Shown here: piece after piece, positions 23,801 to 37,296 of the stretch
Layout of the letters: each line of letters begins with the position of its first letter
How positions within the stretch are numbered: position 1 is the first letter of the stretch
Source: Ptychomitrium polyphyllum
Lineage: Eukaryota
Assembly (NCBI GenBank): GCA_973851085.1
Contig: OZ316775.1
Coordinates: forward strand, 22,754,001-22,818,000
Length of the DNA stretch: 64,000 nucleotides
Reading direction: 5' to 3'
Translations under genes and position numbers: made by a program
The notes under the pieces: generated by a model
What the model was told of the DNA's origin: nothing
Seen by the model: only the letters and a program-made list of their open reading frames with translations
Databases searched by the model: none

Positions 23801-25981
23801 GGCTTCAAGACCAGGCGCTCTCGGCGCGACCTTTATGAATATGCGTGATGATCTGAACAGATTCGCGGTGAAGGTAAAAGATGGCCTGGGTGAGCTGAAC
23901 AAATTTGCCGGAGATGTAACAGGGTTCTTCACCAAAGAACGACAACTTGATGGAAATCTTCCGCAGCTGGGAGATGCCCGCGTAGGAACCATCTCCATCG
24001 AGATCTGGAAGAATGCCTTCATAAATGCGTTAAAAAGAATATGCCCACTTCAAGGCCATGATGCAGAGTGCGGATGCTTGCCTGTTTTGAGCAGACAAGT
24101 ACGTTGGCACATCCAACTCTTAGGCGTTCTCCTTTTTCCTCGTGCTTATTTCCTCGTAAGGAAATACTGCTATTTGGTTTTCAGGTGATTGAAGAATGCG
24201 TGGACAGGCTGGATGTAGCTATATTCAATGCGATTATGCGAACCCCAGAAGATAAATCCCCGACAGATCCTCTTGCAGACCCTATCACAGATCTCTCAGT
24301 CCTTCCAATACCTGCAGGGCACCTGAGTTTTGGAGCGGGCTCTCAACTGAAGAATGCGGTAGACACTTCATGGATTTGAAAGTTTGTTGGAGAATAATTA
24401 CATATCTTCACACATTTTAGTACAACATATGCTATCTTATGCTTCCCGTTCGGATTCTTGCACTCAAAACACCATTTTGTCGCCATTGTAGCCTTCAGAT
24501 AGTAAACTCTTCAGTACTAGGAACATTTATTCCTGAGACCCTGTGCAGGTGGTGACATGGTCGACATGGCTATCTGCGCTACTCAGTGTTTATCCTAATC
24601 CGAGAGAATCCATAAGCAAAGGTGCTTCGGCAGAACATTCTGAACAACCTGTGGAAGAAGTTCAGGGTCAGCAGAAGTTCAGAGCCGCCAGAAGTTCATT
24701 TGACAACGTTCTCAAAGCCCCGGGTGAGCTGTTTAATAGGATGCAGCTACCTAAAGATTCAATCGACATGGGCATGCGCAGAGAGGTGTTCCGCAAATCG
24801 TTTTGGACCTGTTACACATTAGTTTTTCGTTGTATATGTTATTCCTCAAGTTCTCAACACAATACTGAATTAATATCTCCTTGATGTGCTGTACTGGTGA
24901 ACATACACCATGTCTATTGAGATCATTACATATTTGTGTGAAAGATGGACCATTTCAGGCAGCCAGAAAAGAAGCTGAGAAAGCCAACCTTTATTTTGTT
25001 CTACTTAGAGCAGCTGGAGATCTCTTGATGCTACCAAAAGAGATGCTCATGGATAAGGCAGTGAGAAAAGAGGTATCTCAGCCCCCGGACTGTCACGTTC
25101 TCCGTGGCCACTATGCTTATCACCTCTCCAAAATCAAGGTTGTTCTTACTGTATAAAAACACACTCCCAAAAGTAAATTATCATTAGATGTAAAGATTTA
25201 GCAGACATGATATTGGCTGGAAGGACGGACTGCCAATGGAAAGTCTGTGCTGCTATACAAGAATTTGAATGTGAGAATTGCAATGATGGACCCGCTCAAC
25301 TAAATGGGATGTTTGTGGGCATGGTTGACTAGGTTTGCCCGCAATTGAAACTGCCATTAATCCGCCGCATATTGTGCAATTTTGGTCCAGATGAATTTGC
25401 TCCAGCACCTATATCTCCGGCACTTGTGGCTGCCATTGACACCGAGGTCGCTTATTGCACAGTTGCATATTAATCTCTTCTTTAGGATATGCACTGCATC
25501 GATGAATTCAATAACATGAGTCAAGTGACAGTAGGTCTCCTTAATGAGAACCAAAAAAATTAATACAAACACAGAGCGAACGGTGCAGGTGTCGCTAGAG
25601 AGGCAAGACGAGCGAGGAATAATAGTAGAGGAAAAAAGCGTAGCCCCGGTGCCAGATAGTAGTTACACTCCACCTTCATCAGCGTTTGTGAGGTTATGGA
25701 TTGGCGAGCCCCCGGGGACAGACGAGTGGGGAATAACAGCCTCGTCGCTGCTGCGCAAAGGCTACGGAAGCGACGACGAACTAAACCATTTGCGAACCCC
25801 GCTGGCATGGCTGAGCACCAACAGCGCACGCAATGCTTCCAGTATTGAGTCGGATGGCACAGGGATCCTCGCCGCGTCGACGCAGCCATCCACCGCCATC
25901 GCTGCAGCAGCCGACGACGACGAGTGTGCAGAGTACACTGCGCGCTTCCAGCTTCTGCAGGAGGTGTGGGGCCCCCGCTAA
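20864..25981 (+). CDS. NT-C2 (EEIG1/EHBP1-type) domain protein with coiled coil and myosin-tail/DIL-like C-terminal domain (plant family often annotated 'gar2-related')
   Basis: Exon 1 (20864-21673) encodes the NT-C2 domain: LAWRRG...VVFNESFKLPATL...QLATGELDLSQFG. Later exons encode ELRDTAAIEAALYSVIAEHTSSSHKVHTPARRLARLY, ASGNDVPRMTYWWSN, LLKVETWVYGRILECVWWQ, ECGCLPVL, CVDRLDVAIFNAIMR, SFGAGSQLKNA, LLMLPKEML...RKEVCP...NFGPDEF, GYGSDDELNHL, RFQLLQEVW*. Confidence 0.88.
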
Positions 25982-27266
25982 TTACTACTCTCTAGATACA
26001 TAGACAGAGTTGAGACCCGGACATACAAGATTTCCTCACCTCCTTATGACATGCATTGTTCTTGCAATGATTCCTGTGAATTCCCATTCTCAACTGTGTC
26101 ACTTGACGCCTCTTCATTTCAAATCAACCCTGCCAACCTAAGTCCCGTTCACGCGACACATGCCGTAAGGCTTCTACCATTCATCACACTGCCTACAGCT
26201 CTACATGGATGTATCGGTTCTTTTGTGGTGTAACTTTACCTATACGACTGTGGAGTGGGTAGCTCAGGGCATGACTCAATTGAATGCTGCAGGATATCAA
26301 GCGTTTATGAGCAAAAAAATTTAGTATAAGAGGCGGTCATGATGTGATAGATATACTGCTGAAATTGCTCATTTCAACTTAGTCCTCAATGAGCCGATGA
26401 AACCTACTTTAAACCTATTATGGTGCATAGAGAATTCTATTTATCACAAGTGCAGAGACTGTGGCACTATTTCTCCCAGCATAAAGTATTATCATAACGA
26501 TAGCGTTAGAGTATTGGGACTGCTAATCTGCTTGTATTGTTTCTACCCAATAATATTATTTCACAGTATTACGCTTAATCATCAATCCACTTTTAGTTTT
26601 CTCAAAAGTCAGCAAGGCAGCTCCTCAATCCAGAACAATGACAGCCACCAACCCAACAGCGGCTGGAAGTGGGGAAACTGGGAGCACAGAAGCGGAGCAA
26701 AACAAACGCAGGGTGAGATGGACCTGGACTTGTAGAAACAGGAAGGAATGCAATGGCGGAGCAGTGGAGAAAGGGGAGCTGATCACAGAGGCACCTGGCA
26801 TCTTAAGCTTGAGTAACCTGGATCCCGGCCTTTGAACCGTCATTCTTGAGGCGTATTTTGCGAAAGACTGTATTCATTCAGTGTGCCAGGAGGTCAATGG
26901 TGTTCTTACTATTTGATATCCGTCATTTTGTTGTTATTACTCTCGTTTGCACGTGCTACTTTGAAGTTTGAGCCATATCAGGTTCTGACTGAATCTACGC
27001 TGGCATTTTGAAGAAATTGAGAAAAATTGGTTCTGCTCATCCACAGTGTAAAGGGAGTGTTGTACTTACTCCCCAGATTGATCGACTTGAACAGTCCCTG
27101 AAAGTTTCCTTTGTGTTGTACTTCCTTACTGGCCCGAGGCTTTGACCATTAGACAACCCTACATATTGTCTCTATGTTACCCTACACTAGATAAATCAGC
27201 CTTTGCAGTTGAAAATAGGCTGGTCTCGTTCTCGATCATCTGATAAAGTAGTAGGGACTCGGAACC

Positions 27267-30200
27267 ATGACGTGGGGTCAAGTTACGTCTGCAATCTATG
27301 GACTCATCCGAGACTCCAAGTATAACCAAGCAATCAAGTACCTCTTCCACCATAGCTTCAGCTTTATTTATGAATAATGCTTTTTAGTTTACAATTTTGC
27401 GCAGCAGAAGTAGTGCCCTCCGTGTAATCAAATAATTCAGCAATTGCAGGGTGCTGGAAGAGAAAATCCGAGTCTTTCCTGATAGCCAAGCAGCATCATC
27501 ATTGCTGGGTTACTGCCACTACATGAACGGTGACTATCATGCTGCAACTTCAATGTAATTTGGCATCCTAATCCAGTATGTAGTTTCCTACGACAGCCGT
27601 AGCATGTCATTCCATAAGCAGCCTCATTAAGAACTCTTTTCATATGATTTTAGACCTTCATATGTAAAACCCGAATAGTGAATAAGTTTCGGCAGAGAGA
27701 AGATTATCAAAATATGGTTTTGACAACAAGTGAACTGCTCAGGTATGAGCAACTCATTCGTCTACATCCGGCTGAAGAGAAGTATCGCTTATATTATGCA
27801 CAAGCTCTGTACAAGGTATTTCCATGCTCAAAACCATCCTCCTTCCCACAACGGCAATCAGGTCACGAGACTCTTGGATTTGCCAGGCTTTTCGATGTGA
27901 AGCTTTCTGTGTACGTTTTATGACGGAACCCTAATGAGCTTTTCCTTTGACAGCTCAAGCTGTGTCTTGTAACTGCAAGTTGCTCACTAGCTCAACCCAC
28001 TGCCTAGAGATTTATCTGATTGTGAACAGGCAGAGATGCTTGATAAAGCCTCCAAGTCTTGTCTGGCTGTTGAAAGCCACAAAGAGCGAACTATCAATCT
28101 GCAAGCGTGTATTTTACATGATCAAGGCGACATCACTGGTATGAACATCAACACTTGTTGGCGGTGTATTTGCTGTTTATGTTTTCTCCATTAAGGTCGA
28201 ATTCTTCGAGATGATGATCACAAATTCTAAACCTGGCAGGCTTGAAGATGAAACGAGGCACCCTGCTCATTAGGTCAACTTTGCTTTTGTGAACAAAATA
28301 TCAAGAAAAATATCAAGAACTACGTAGCTAAAGGTTATGTGTCGCTCGCTAAGTTAACTTTGCATTCTGGTGCCAGGTAGTATGGTGTTACTTGAGCAGA
28401 TTGCCGACGACAATGTCGATGCTCTTGTGAACCTGGGCTGTTGTTTATACAAGGTGAAGCATGTTATACCTCTTGCTCAATCTTCCGTACATCAATGTTG
28501 AGTCAGAATGCAATAACTTCATTAGTGTCATTTGCGGTTTGCCGAAGAAAGTGAGCATTATAAGCTACAATATCTTCATTCAATGAAGCTGAATGGGTAA
28601 TCGGATCTCTTCCACTCGAAGGAAGGTGATTTCGAAGGAGCTTGCACCAAGTTTACTGGAGGCTTTAAAATTTCAGGGTTCCAGGTAACTTTCTCATATT
28701 GTTTTGTAAATGTTTCACATGATCAAGTTATGAAGTTGCCTATATCTGCAATTTGAACATTCTGCATCGGACTTTGAAAATTTCGAGGACACAATCCACC
28801 TGCATGTAGTGAATTAATAACCATAACGCTAAGAACATTCAAGGAGTAGATTAAAATTGAGTCAGTTTGTTAAGCTATATTTTTCAAATTTGATCCTAAG
28901 TGCTTTGTACAATGTTCATTGAACAATTCTTTTCTATTGTTGTGAGCCTGACATTTTGGAGGTTACGTTGGCAGCCAGATTTAGCTTACATGAGAGCTTT
29001 GTGTATGTTTCGGCTGAAGCAATATTCTCAAGGTATTCAGCCAGTGCATTCAGGCATTTTGCAATATAGCTATATTTTTATTTCTTACTGTTCGAAAATT
29101 AGATTATGCAAACAATGTGAATTCTCTCTTACGTGATGATTGCGGATTTACACAGCGTTGAAAGTATTGACAGAAATTTTTGATCATGGAGTGAACGAAT
29201 ATCCAGAACTTTGCATTGGCAGGTATTGACGAATCTGAATTTTGTAGCTATGACCAACTGATAACAAAGGTTTTGAAGAAAAATCACAGAGTGACAAGTT
29301 TGATGCTTCAGTTGACAGTATGAAGGCATCTAAAGATGTAGGGTGTAACTTGTATACTTGACACTGATTAGTGGCTTGGAAATGAGCAGTTACGTCGAAG
29401 GAATGGAGCTCCGGAGTGTCGGCAACAGTCATGTCTTAAGAGAGTCTGCGCTGGTTGAAGCATTCAATCTTAAGGTAATTTCTAAATCTTCGCTAAGGTT
29501 GGAAATTTGGATCACTTACAATCTAGTTCCTTATTTGTTGATTTCGATTTTCTTAGAAGCATCAGCTCTTGTTGCGAAGAGTAACTAATTGTTGCCCAGC
29601 TTCTACTTCAAAAAATTATCATTATCACATTGGTTTGAAAATCAACATCCAAATTAAGTGAACCTGTAGGCTGCCATAGTTTACGTGAATGGTGACCTTG
29701 ATGCTGCAAAGGAAGCTTTGAATGACATGCCTCCACGAGCTGAAGAAGAGCTTGATCCTGTTGGTACTGTTAACTTAAAATGTCTTGGATGTTCCAGAAT
29801 TTAGTTCCGCACGTGCTACAGTTCCTGCAAAATTTGTTTAAATGCAATCTAACGCCTAATGCACTCAGCTTGTTTGTGCATGAAATTGACTCTCATTATT
29901 TGGCTTTGGTTGGATGTTCGTGAGCAAGGTAACTCTTCATAACCAAGCCCTCATCAACATGGATGTCAATCCTATAGCCGGATTTCGGAAACTGAACTTT
30001 CTTTTGCAGGTATTTGTGAAATGTATTGTTGCCTCTCATAGCTGGGCTATTTTTCTTTCTCATTTTTAACATTAATAGTAGTCTACACTGTTAGTTTTAA
30101 TCAAATTTTTAACACTATTATAATTCGAAGGCTGTGTACTGTACAATGCCCTTTATAGGGCTTCACTGTCACTGGTTAGAACATTTTGGAAGATGTGAAG

Positions 30201-33200
30201 GACATACACACCACTATGAGCCCTTCAAATTACAGGATTGTTAAGACATGTAGGCATCTTTTAGACATTGCTTCCGAGTAAAACCATTCAACGAGTAGAT
30301 TTAACCTTAAAACTGCAATTTGTTGCAGAATCAGTGTTGCCCTCAAGAAACATTTGGGAATTTGCTCCTGCTTTATTGTAAACCATCACATGGTTTATAT
30401 GACCTAGCAGCTGATTTGATGGCAGAGAATGCAGATCTCACGTTCAAACATCTCACTCAAGTTTTTAAATTCTTTCTCAACTAGATATTTAAATATAGTG
30501 GACTATATTGATAAACTCTAAATTTTTGAAATAAGTCAACAATAATGTTAAAATTATAGAAAGTGTTTACAATGTTTGATTCATGTTAATGATTTTTGTT
30601 ATGAACCTACAAATGGCTAAAACATGTGGTGTCAAGTTTGCACTCAATTCTTGTAAAATGTGGTATTGAAGGAACTATATGATTTTCTGGATGCAATAAT
30701 TCTGGTACAAACAGATGCTGAGGTTTTAAACCAACTCACCTGAGAGCTTACTCTTGTTTTGTCACATTTGTAGTACCAATTCCTTGGTAGAGGGCTGAAG
30801 GATTGTGCAGTGTTGATAAATGTGAGCACAATTTTTTACCTTCCATACTGCATGTGATTAAGACTGGCGACTGACTCTAAGTTACGTTCTAGGAAGCTTA
30901 CACAAAATTCAAGAAGCTTGCAAATAACCATGGTGAAGTGTTAAGGCGACTTGCAAAACTCATCGAAGAGACTCGTGTGTCACAAGAACAAGAGGCGCAT
31001 AAGAAGTCTGTTTCTGATTATGAAGAAGCCCTTGATGTAATCATCTGAAATAGATCCAATATATTAATAGCTTAAAGTTCACATTGAAATGTTCACCAAT
31101 TGTGTATGAATCGGATTCTACACATTGAGTTTGAGCGCACAGAGACAACTATTTTGTGAGTTCCAATCTAGATCCAAGGATGCAATTGACACCTGCTTTT
31201 TGTACACAATGGCATTGCAGAAATATATGCCAGTCTTGATGGCCATGGCGAAGATTTGGTGGGACAAGGAAGACTATGCACAAGTGGAACGCATTTTTCA
31301 GCAATCCTCTGATCTCTGCTCTGAGCATGACTTGTGGAAGCTCAATGTTGCCCACACTTTCTTCATGCAGGTCTCCATTCGAGAGACCCATTGATTGACC
31401 TCAGTACTTGGGATCTAGGGAACAAGGTTGGCCTGAACTATTTGAACAAAATCTACAGTGTGAAAACACCCAGTGACATGTTATGGGTCAGCATAGTTTC
31501 CCTATTCTACTCCACATTGGTCACAAACGTGGCCTTGGAATATGATGATAGGAGAGCAGCACTGAACTGTGAAGTTGGTGGTCATAATTAATTGTTGTTT
31601 GAATAGAAGCAGGAGAAATTGATCTTATTGTGCTGCCTCCAAGACCATGTTTCCTCGCTGCTCCAAACCTCCACTAACCTTCCAGATCCATGCCTCCACT
31701 TTCACAACATTCTTTAGTACTTGAGGTGGAACACCCTCAAGGCAGCGACATCCATAACCGTGCCTCTTTAACACACCTTAAGTTAATTATTTGGACATTA
31801 TGCAAAGGCTATGGATGTTCAAAGTTGAGAATCCTGGAGGACTTAGCCCCTTTGCTCTACGTGATTGAGAGGCTTGCTAAATGATGTTATGTATATCTGT
31901 GCAGTATGAATGTTAAGTTCTAGTCTGTACAGGACCACTTTAAAAAAAAATGGCCTTTTATTTTGTTGGGTTACAACAGGAAAACAAATTCAAAGAAGCC
32001 ATTTATTATTATGAACCCATTGTGAAAGAAGTTGGAGATCATGTGCTCACAGTAACAGCCATTGTTCTTGCCAATCTCTGTGTCTCATACATCATGACTA
32101 GCAGGGTATGTAAACACACAACACTGTTAACAAAATTGTCTCAAACGGTGAATTACCATTCCTTTGACCAGTTCAATGTTAAGTTTCCAGAAAGTACATG
32201 ATCTTACTTTGTTTGGTATTTAAAAATATTGTGTACTGAAAAGAATGAAGATGCTGAAGACTTGATGCGCAAAATTGAGAAGGAAGAAGAACGAGCTCAT
32301 TATGATGTAAGTACATAAGCAAATCATTTACAAAAATAGTTTTGCTAATGTCTCTTTCAGTAACAAACCCGGGTTTGCTCTGCTCTTATATATTCGTAAA
32401 TTTATACATTTATACATGGAAAGGACCTTAGACACAATTGCAGGGATTATAGTTCAAAATTTTAATGCTGTTGGTATTGCATTCTGGTGCATGTAGGATG
32501 CCTCAAAACAGAATCTGCATCTGTGTATAGTAAACTTGGTGATAGGGACCCTGTATTGCGTGAAACAAAACTTTGAATTTGGAATTGGTCGCATTATCAA
32601 GAGTTTAGAACCTTGCAGCCAGAAGATTGACACAGATACATGGTTCTATGCAAAACGCTGTTTCCTTGCGCTTATTGACAACCTAGCAAAACAAATGATT
32701 GTGGTATAACCTCCTCCATCTTCTTGGAAAAAACATCATATCTCAGTCTAGCATCATGTCCGTCACTCAAATATCTGGAATTTGGAATCCGAAATTCATT
32801 CATATATGAAAATTTTATGGTTTTTGAACCCAATCTAGATAGGTTGCATTGAACAGGGTGCACTATACATATATGTGATGTAATTTTAGATATAATTTTC
32901 GATATAATTTTTACTTGTGATTTGGCCTACTACTTGAAATTTAAATTCCCACTTTCCCTATTTAATTTAAATTAAAATAGATTTTGTATCTATTTACATA
33001 TATTTATTTATTTAAATCTATGAACATACTTGTCCCATTATCAGCATACATCATTGATCAACTGAGATACCGAATTAGTTTTCTGATGGTACATTATAAA
33101 AGAATACTCTACAGAGCGGAACGAAGTATCATTAAACGAGGTACATGTTCTTGCTCTGTACAGTTAAAAGACACCACGCATGTTGACATTGACGACTTTC

Positions 33201-33373
33201 TGGACCAGACGGAGGTGATGGGAAAGACCATGCGTACCGGAACTTCGAATGTGCAGTATCAACACTGCAATGCTGTTGCTCTGAACAACATAGCTTCAAA
33301 CTCGACAGGGCACCCCACTGTAACTCAAGAAGTCCGCCTTCTGAAGCACATGTTCCTGCTACTGCGTTCATAA
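27267..33373 (+). CDS. IFT70: Intraflagellar transport protein 70 (TTC30/DYF-1/fleer), TPR protein of IFT-B, ~19 exons
   Basis: Spliced segments: GQVTSAIYGLIRDSKY, LLGYCHY, YEQLIRLHP...YRLYYAQALYK, NLGCCLYKEGDF, GMELRSVGNSHVLRESALVEAFNLKAA, DMPPRAEEELDPVTLHNQAL, CPQETFGNLLLLYC, YMPVLMAMAKIWWD, WKLNVAHTFFMQENKFKEAI, TAIVLANLCVSYIMTS, LHLCIVNLVIGTLYC...NFEFGIGRIIKSLEP, DTWFYAKRC, TVTQEVRLLK. No frameshift was found in the exons I checked. Confidence 0.95.
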
Positions 33374-36300
33374 GATAAGCTCAGAACCTGGTCTCTCTGA
33401 TGTAGACGCATTAACATTGCTCTTTGCTGCCTTAGCGTTTAGCTGAGTGGAAAGTATGAGCTTTCACTCTCAATATTCAGTGAAATGAAATCAAGAAATG
33501 GCAAGCTGGGAGGTGACATGCACTCCAACAGTTTTTCTCTTAAGAGTTTGCAGTAATCTCACGTGTAAAGAATTTGTTGATGCCACTGATCCTGAAACTT
33601 TGATATGTTGGTCCTTCGAGTTTAGGACTTTGTACCACCATGTTTTGTTTGCCACCTTGAACTTGTGACACAACTTAGTCCTTCCAGCCAAGATCCACAC
33701 GCCACATTTCTTGAAGGGCTAAGGTGATTAGATTTAGTTTGTAGCTTTCCGGTATCATGGATTTATGTCAACGAGCCATAGACCACAAAGAACATGAATA
33801 TTGCCTTTTCAAGAGGGGATAATACAGTATATTATATAAAAGAAATGAAAAGAATCAAAAACCATGTATAAATCGGTTTAACAGAGGTGGATGTTGGTCA
33901 CTATGCCATTTACGTTAGGAGAGGAGGAACTGGCGGTGTGTCAGTTATGGGTTTGCTATGAAGCATATTGTGAAGTCGCCATATAGTTGGTGACCATTGG
34001 GAGCCTCGTGCATCAACAAAACATAATCAGAGATTTATATAGGTGAGTCAGTATGACCATTAGCACTAATGTTGGTCCTTTAAGTTAGGCCAACCATTGG
34101 ATATTGTACTACAGGAATGGTATGCAGGGAGAGTATATGGAAGTTGGAACTAGCAGCTGGTCAAGTATCCTTCTGTTGATTTGAAAACATTAAAAAAATT
34201 TCATTATTACAAACCCATCCAATGTTGTTTTTAAATTTATTTTCTCTTCATTGTATGCTTTTAATACCCAGTCCACATGGATAACATGTTTTATACTAAA
34301 AGAAAGTACATAAAATCACTTGAATATTTTAAGACTAATTTGGCAAATTTATTTCTAACACATTTACTTAAACAAAAAAACATCCCATGAAATACTTTAT
34401 ACAATATCAATTTGAATATGATAATTTGATTTTTCGAAATCTTGTATTTAAACTTAAACTCTACAAAAAAAAAATTAATTAACTTTTGCTTATATACCAA
34501 GATAAAGCAAAAGCTGTTAAATTTTTCCAATTAATGTATTTAATATGCCATTTGAAAAATGATTTGATAATTATTTATTTTAATTTATTATAATTTATTT
34601 TTCTTTAAATTTTATAATTTTCAAAAAAATTGAAATACAAATACTTATATAATACGTTTTGAAGGAAAGAAAAAAAAAAAAAAAAAGGGCAAAAAAACAA
34701 AATATGATTTGTAATGAAACATGAGTGCTAAGACCACTTCTAATGTATAGAATAAATTGTTAAGACAAAAATAAATTATTCAAAAGGAATTATTATTTGA
34801 AAACTTTAGATTCTATCAAGCTCCAATGGCTTTTTTTATTTGTGGTAAGAAATATGGACTTTCAATTTTAAAACTTTGGCAATAATAAAATAAAAAAATT
34901 GGTGTAAATTCCAATTACTCTACATTTAAAAGTCAAACTTCAAATTTAATAGTATTTTGAAATAAGTGAAATCTATCGATCTTTTAAAAAAGAAGGTCCC
35001 AATATAAAGAGTGTGCATAGGATTTATACTATAAATTTAGCCCCTTATAATATAGGTGGTAGGATTTGCTTACTCCATTTGTAGATCAATTATATAAGCT
35101 TGCCTAAGTTTGAGGTATTTATCTTCATGCTACAACCTCTGGAGATGGCAATTTGGAATTGCAATTATTAAAATAGTAGAACATTATATAATATTACAAA
35201 GGAATTTCTTATATTCAAAAAAAAAATAGATTATAAGAAGATTTTTTTTAATATTTACATTTAAAATTGGAAGTCAATCTACATATTGTATATTTTTTGG
35301 AATAAACATATATGAATTAACAAAGTATAAAATAGAACTGATACTAATGTAAATAAGTATGAAAATCGAGATGAATATGACATTTTCATACTTCTAATGG
35401 TTAAAAATTTAAGATGAAAATTGAAGAAGAAATAGATTTGGATTCTTTTATAATTGTTTTATAAGAAATAGTGGATGGCCATTTTGGACTACCTTCACGT
35501 TTGGTACTTCTATATAATTTCTCCACTGCATTTTTCAATAGAATATTTACACTAGCAAAAGATTATTAGTGACATATTTTTTGTAAATATGATGCCATTA
35601 GTATTCTTCCTTTAATCATATGAATCCATAAGAAATTTCTATTAAAGTTGGAAAAATCCCTATTAATTTATACTATTACTTTATTAGAAACTATATATAC
35701 TCAAATCTTTGTGGCCTATTTTATATCAATTCATATTAGGATATAAGGTTGTTTGTAGCATTCATTGACAATCTTAGCCAAAAAAATTAAATCTCATTGA
35801 TAAAATTTAAAATTTGTATTATCACAAATTGATGAAGTTTAAAGCTTAGGCATAGAAGACCATCCGTAGTAATTGAATAATAAAAGAAGTACGTTTTATA
35901 TGAATGTGCATCTAAGAATGTCACTTATAAATTCAATGAAGCCTTTGTTTTGCAAAGCAACAACTTAAAAGAAAGGAAAAATAACTCATATGCAAGTTGG
36001 CATAATATTTATTTTATCAAAATAAATTATTTTAAACCGTATGATTAGATGCTATTAAAGTTGAATGATTTCAACACAACAAAAGAAAAATTAAGCATTA
36101 AGCTTCCAAAAACTATAGAATAAGCTAATATAAGAGGTTTTTTTCTTAGAATCTTTAGTACCTAGATTTATATCAAAGTACTCAAATACAAAAGTGACAA
36201 ACTCAAATTTAAAACCTTATTTTATTAAGCTAATACAAAATTTGCAGAGGATTATAAATGTTATTTTCCAATAACATATCAAGTGTTCATCTTATAAAAT

Positions 36301-37296
36301 ATTTTATTAGATAAAACAAACATTGGAGCCATTGCTTTCATTAACTACAAAAAAAAAGTACATTTCCTCAGCAATGGAAGAATATTTTTAATATAAGGAT
36401 TGCAAATGCAAATGAATCTACATTATGTCATCAAATTTAGTTGACATTCTAAACAAATTCTAGCACCCATACTCTTACCATAGTTGACATTCCATTTATA
36501 TTATCTACCCTACCATTAATACAATCCAATTTTTAAATCTAGCCACCTAGTCTTTTTCAACTAATTGTTTTTTATAAAGATGAGCAATGTTTTAATAAAA
36601 ATAATAGAATACCTATCAAATTGACATGGATGGAAGATAATAATAAAGAAGAAATTGTTATGCAAGAAAAATGAAGCATTTCAATTAATATTAAAAATTA
36701 TTTTATAATTTTAACAAGGCACCATTATGGATATTTCCATGATTTATATTAATAAAATAAATGTAAATGTCATCTCATCTCTTATTTATATCGTGCATCT
36801 CCATATCTTGGAATGAATGTAAATTCATTAAATAGGAATAATCATTTTGGTTTTGGAAGATAAAACTTACAAATAATAATTGACATTAGTTTAAATATTA
36901 AGCATAGCAAATATAAGCCATTTTGGCACAAAGCATAGTACCTATATTATTGTTGATAAGTAATTGTGCAAAAACAAATATGGTCTAACATTCCCTTATT
37001 TCTTGTATTTGTTATGTTCTTTATTTCTTGTTTAACGGAAAAAATGAATTCTTTTTTATTTATCCAAAGAAAAAATTGAATTAGTTGCAAACTATAGTGT
37101 AGAATATTCTTTGATAGACTTTGCTCTTTTTTATAAAGAAAATATGCTAATATGATCTTAATGAGCTGTGGAACTTTGTGTCTAATATTTGTTGGGCTGT
37201 AGTTGTCTATAGGAGCTAGTATCCTTTCAAGAGACTTATGCAATAAATCCTTCAAGTGATTTGAAGATTAGTAGGCCTACAAAGGTTTTAGAGAAG

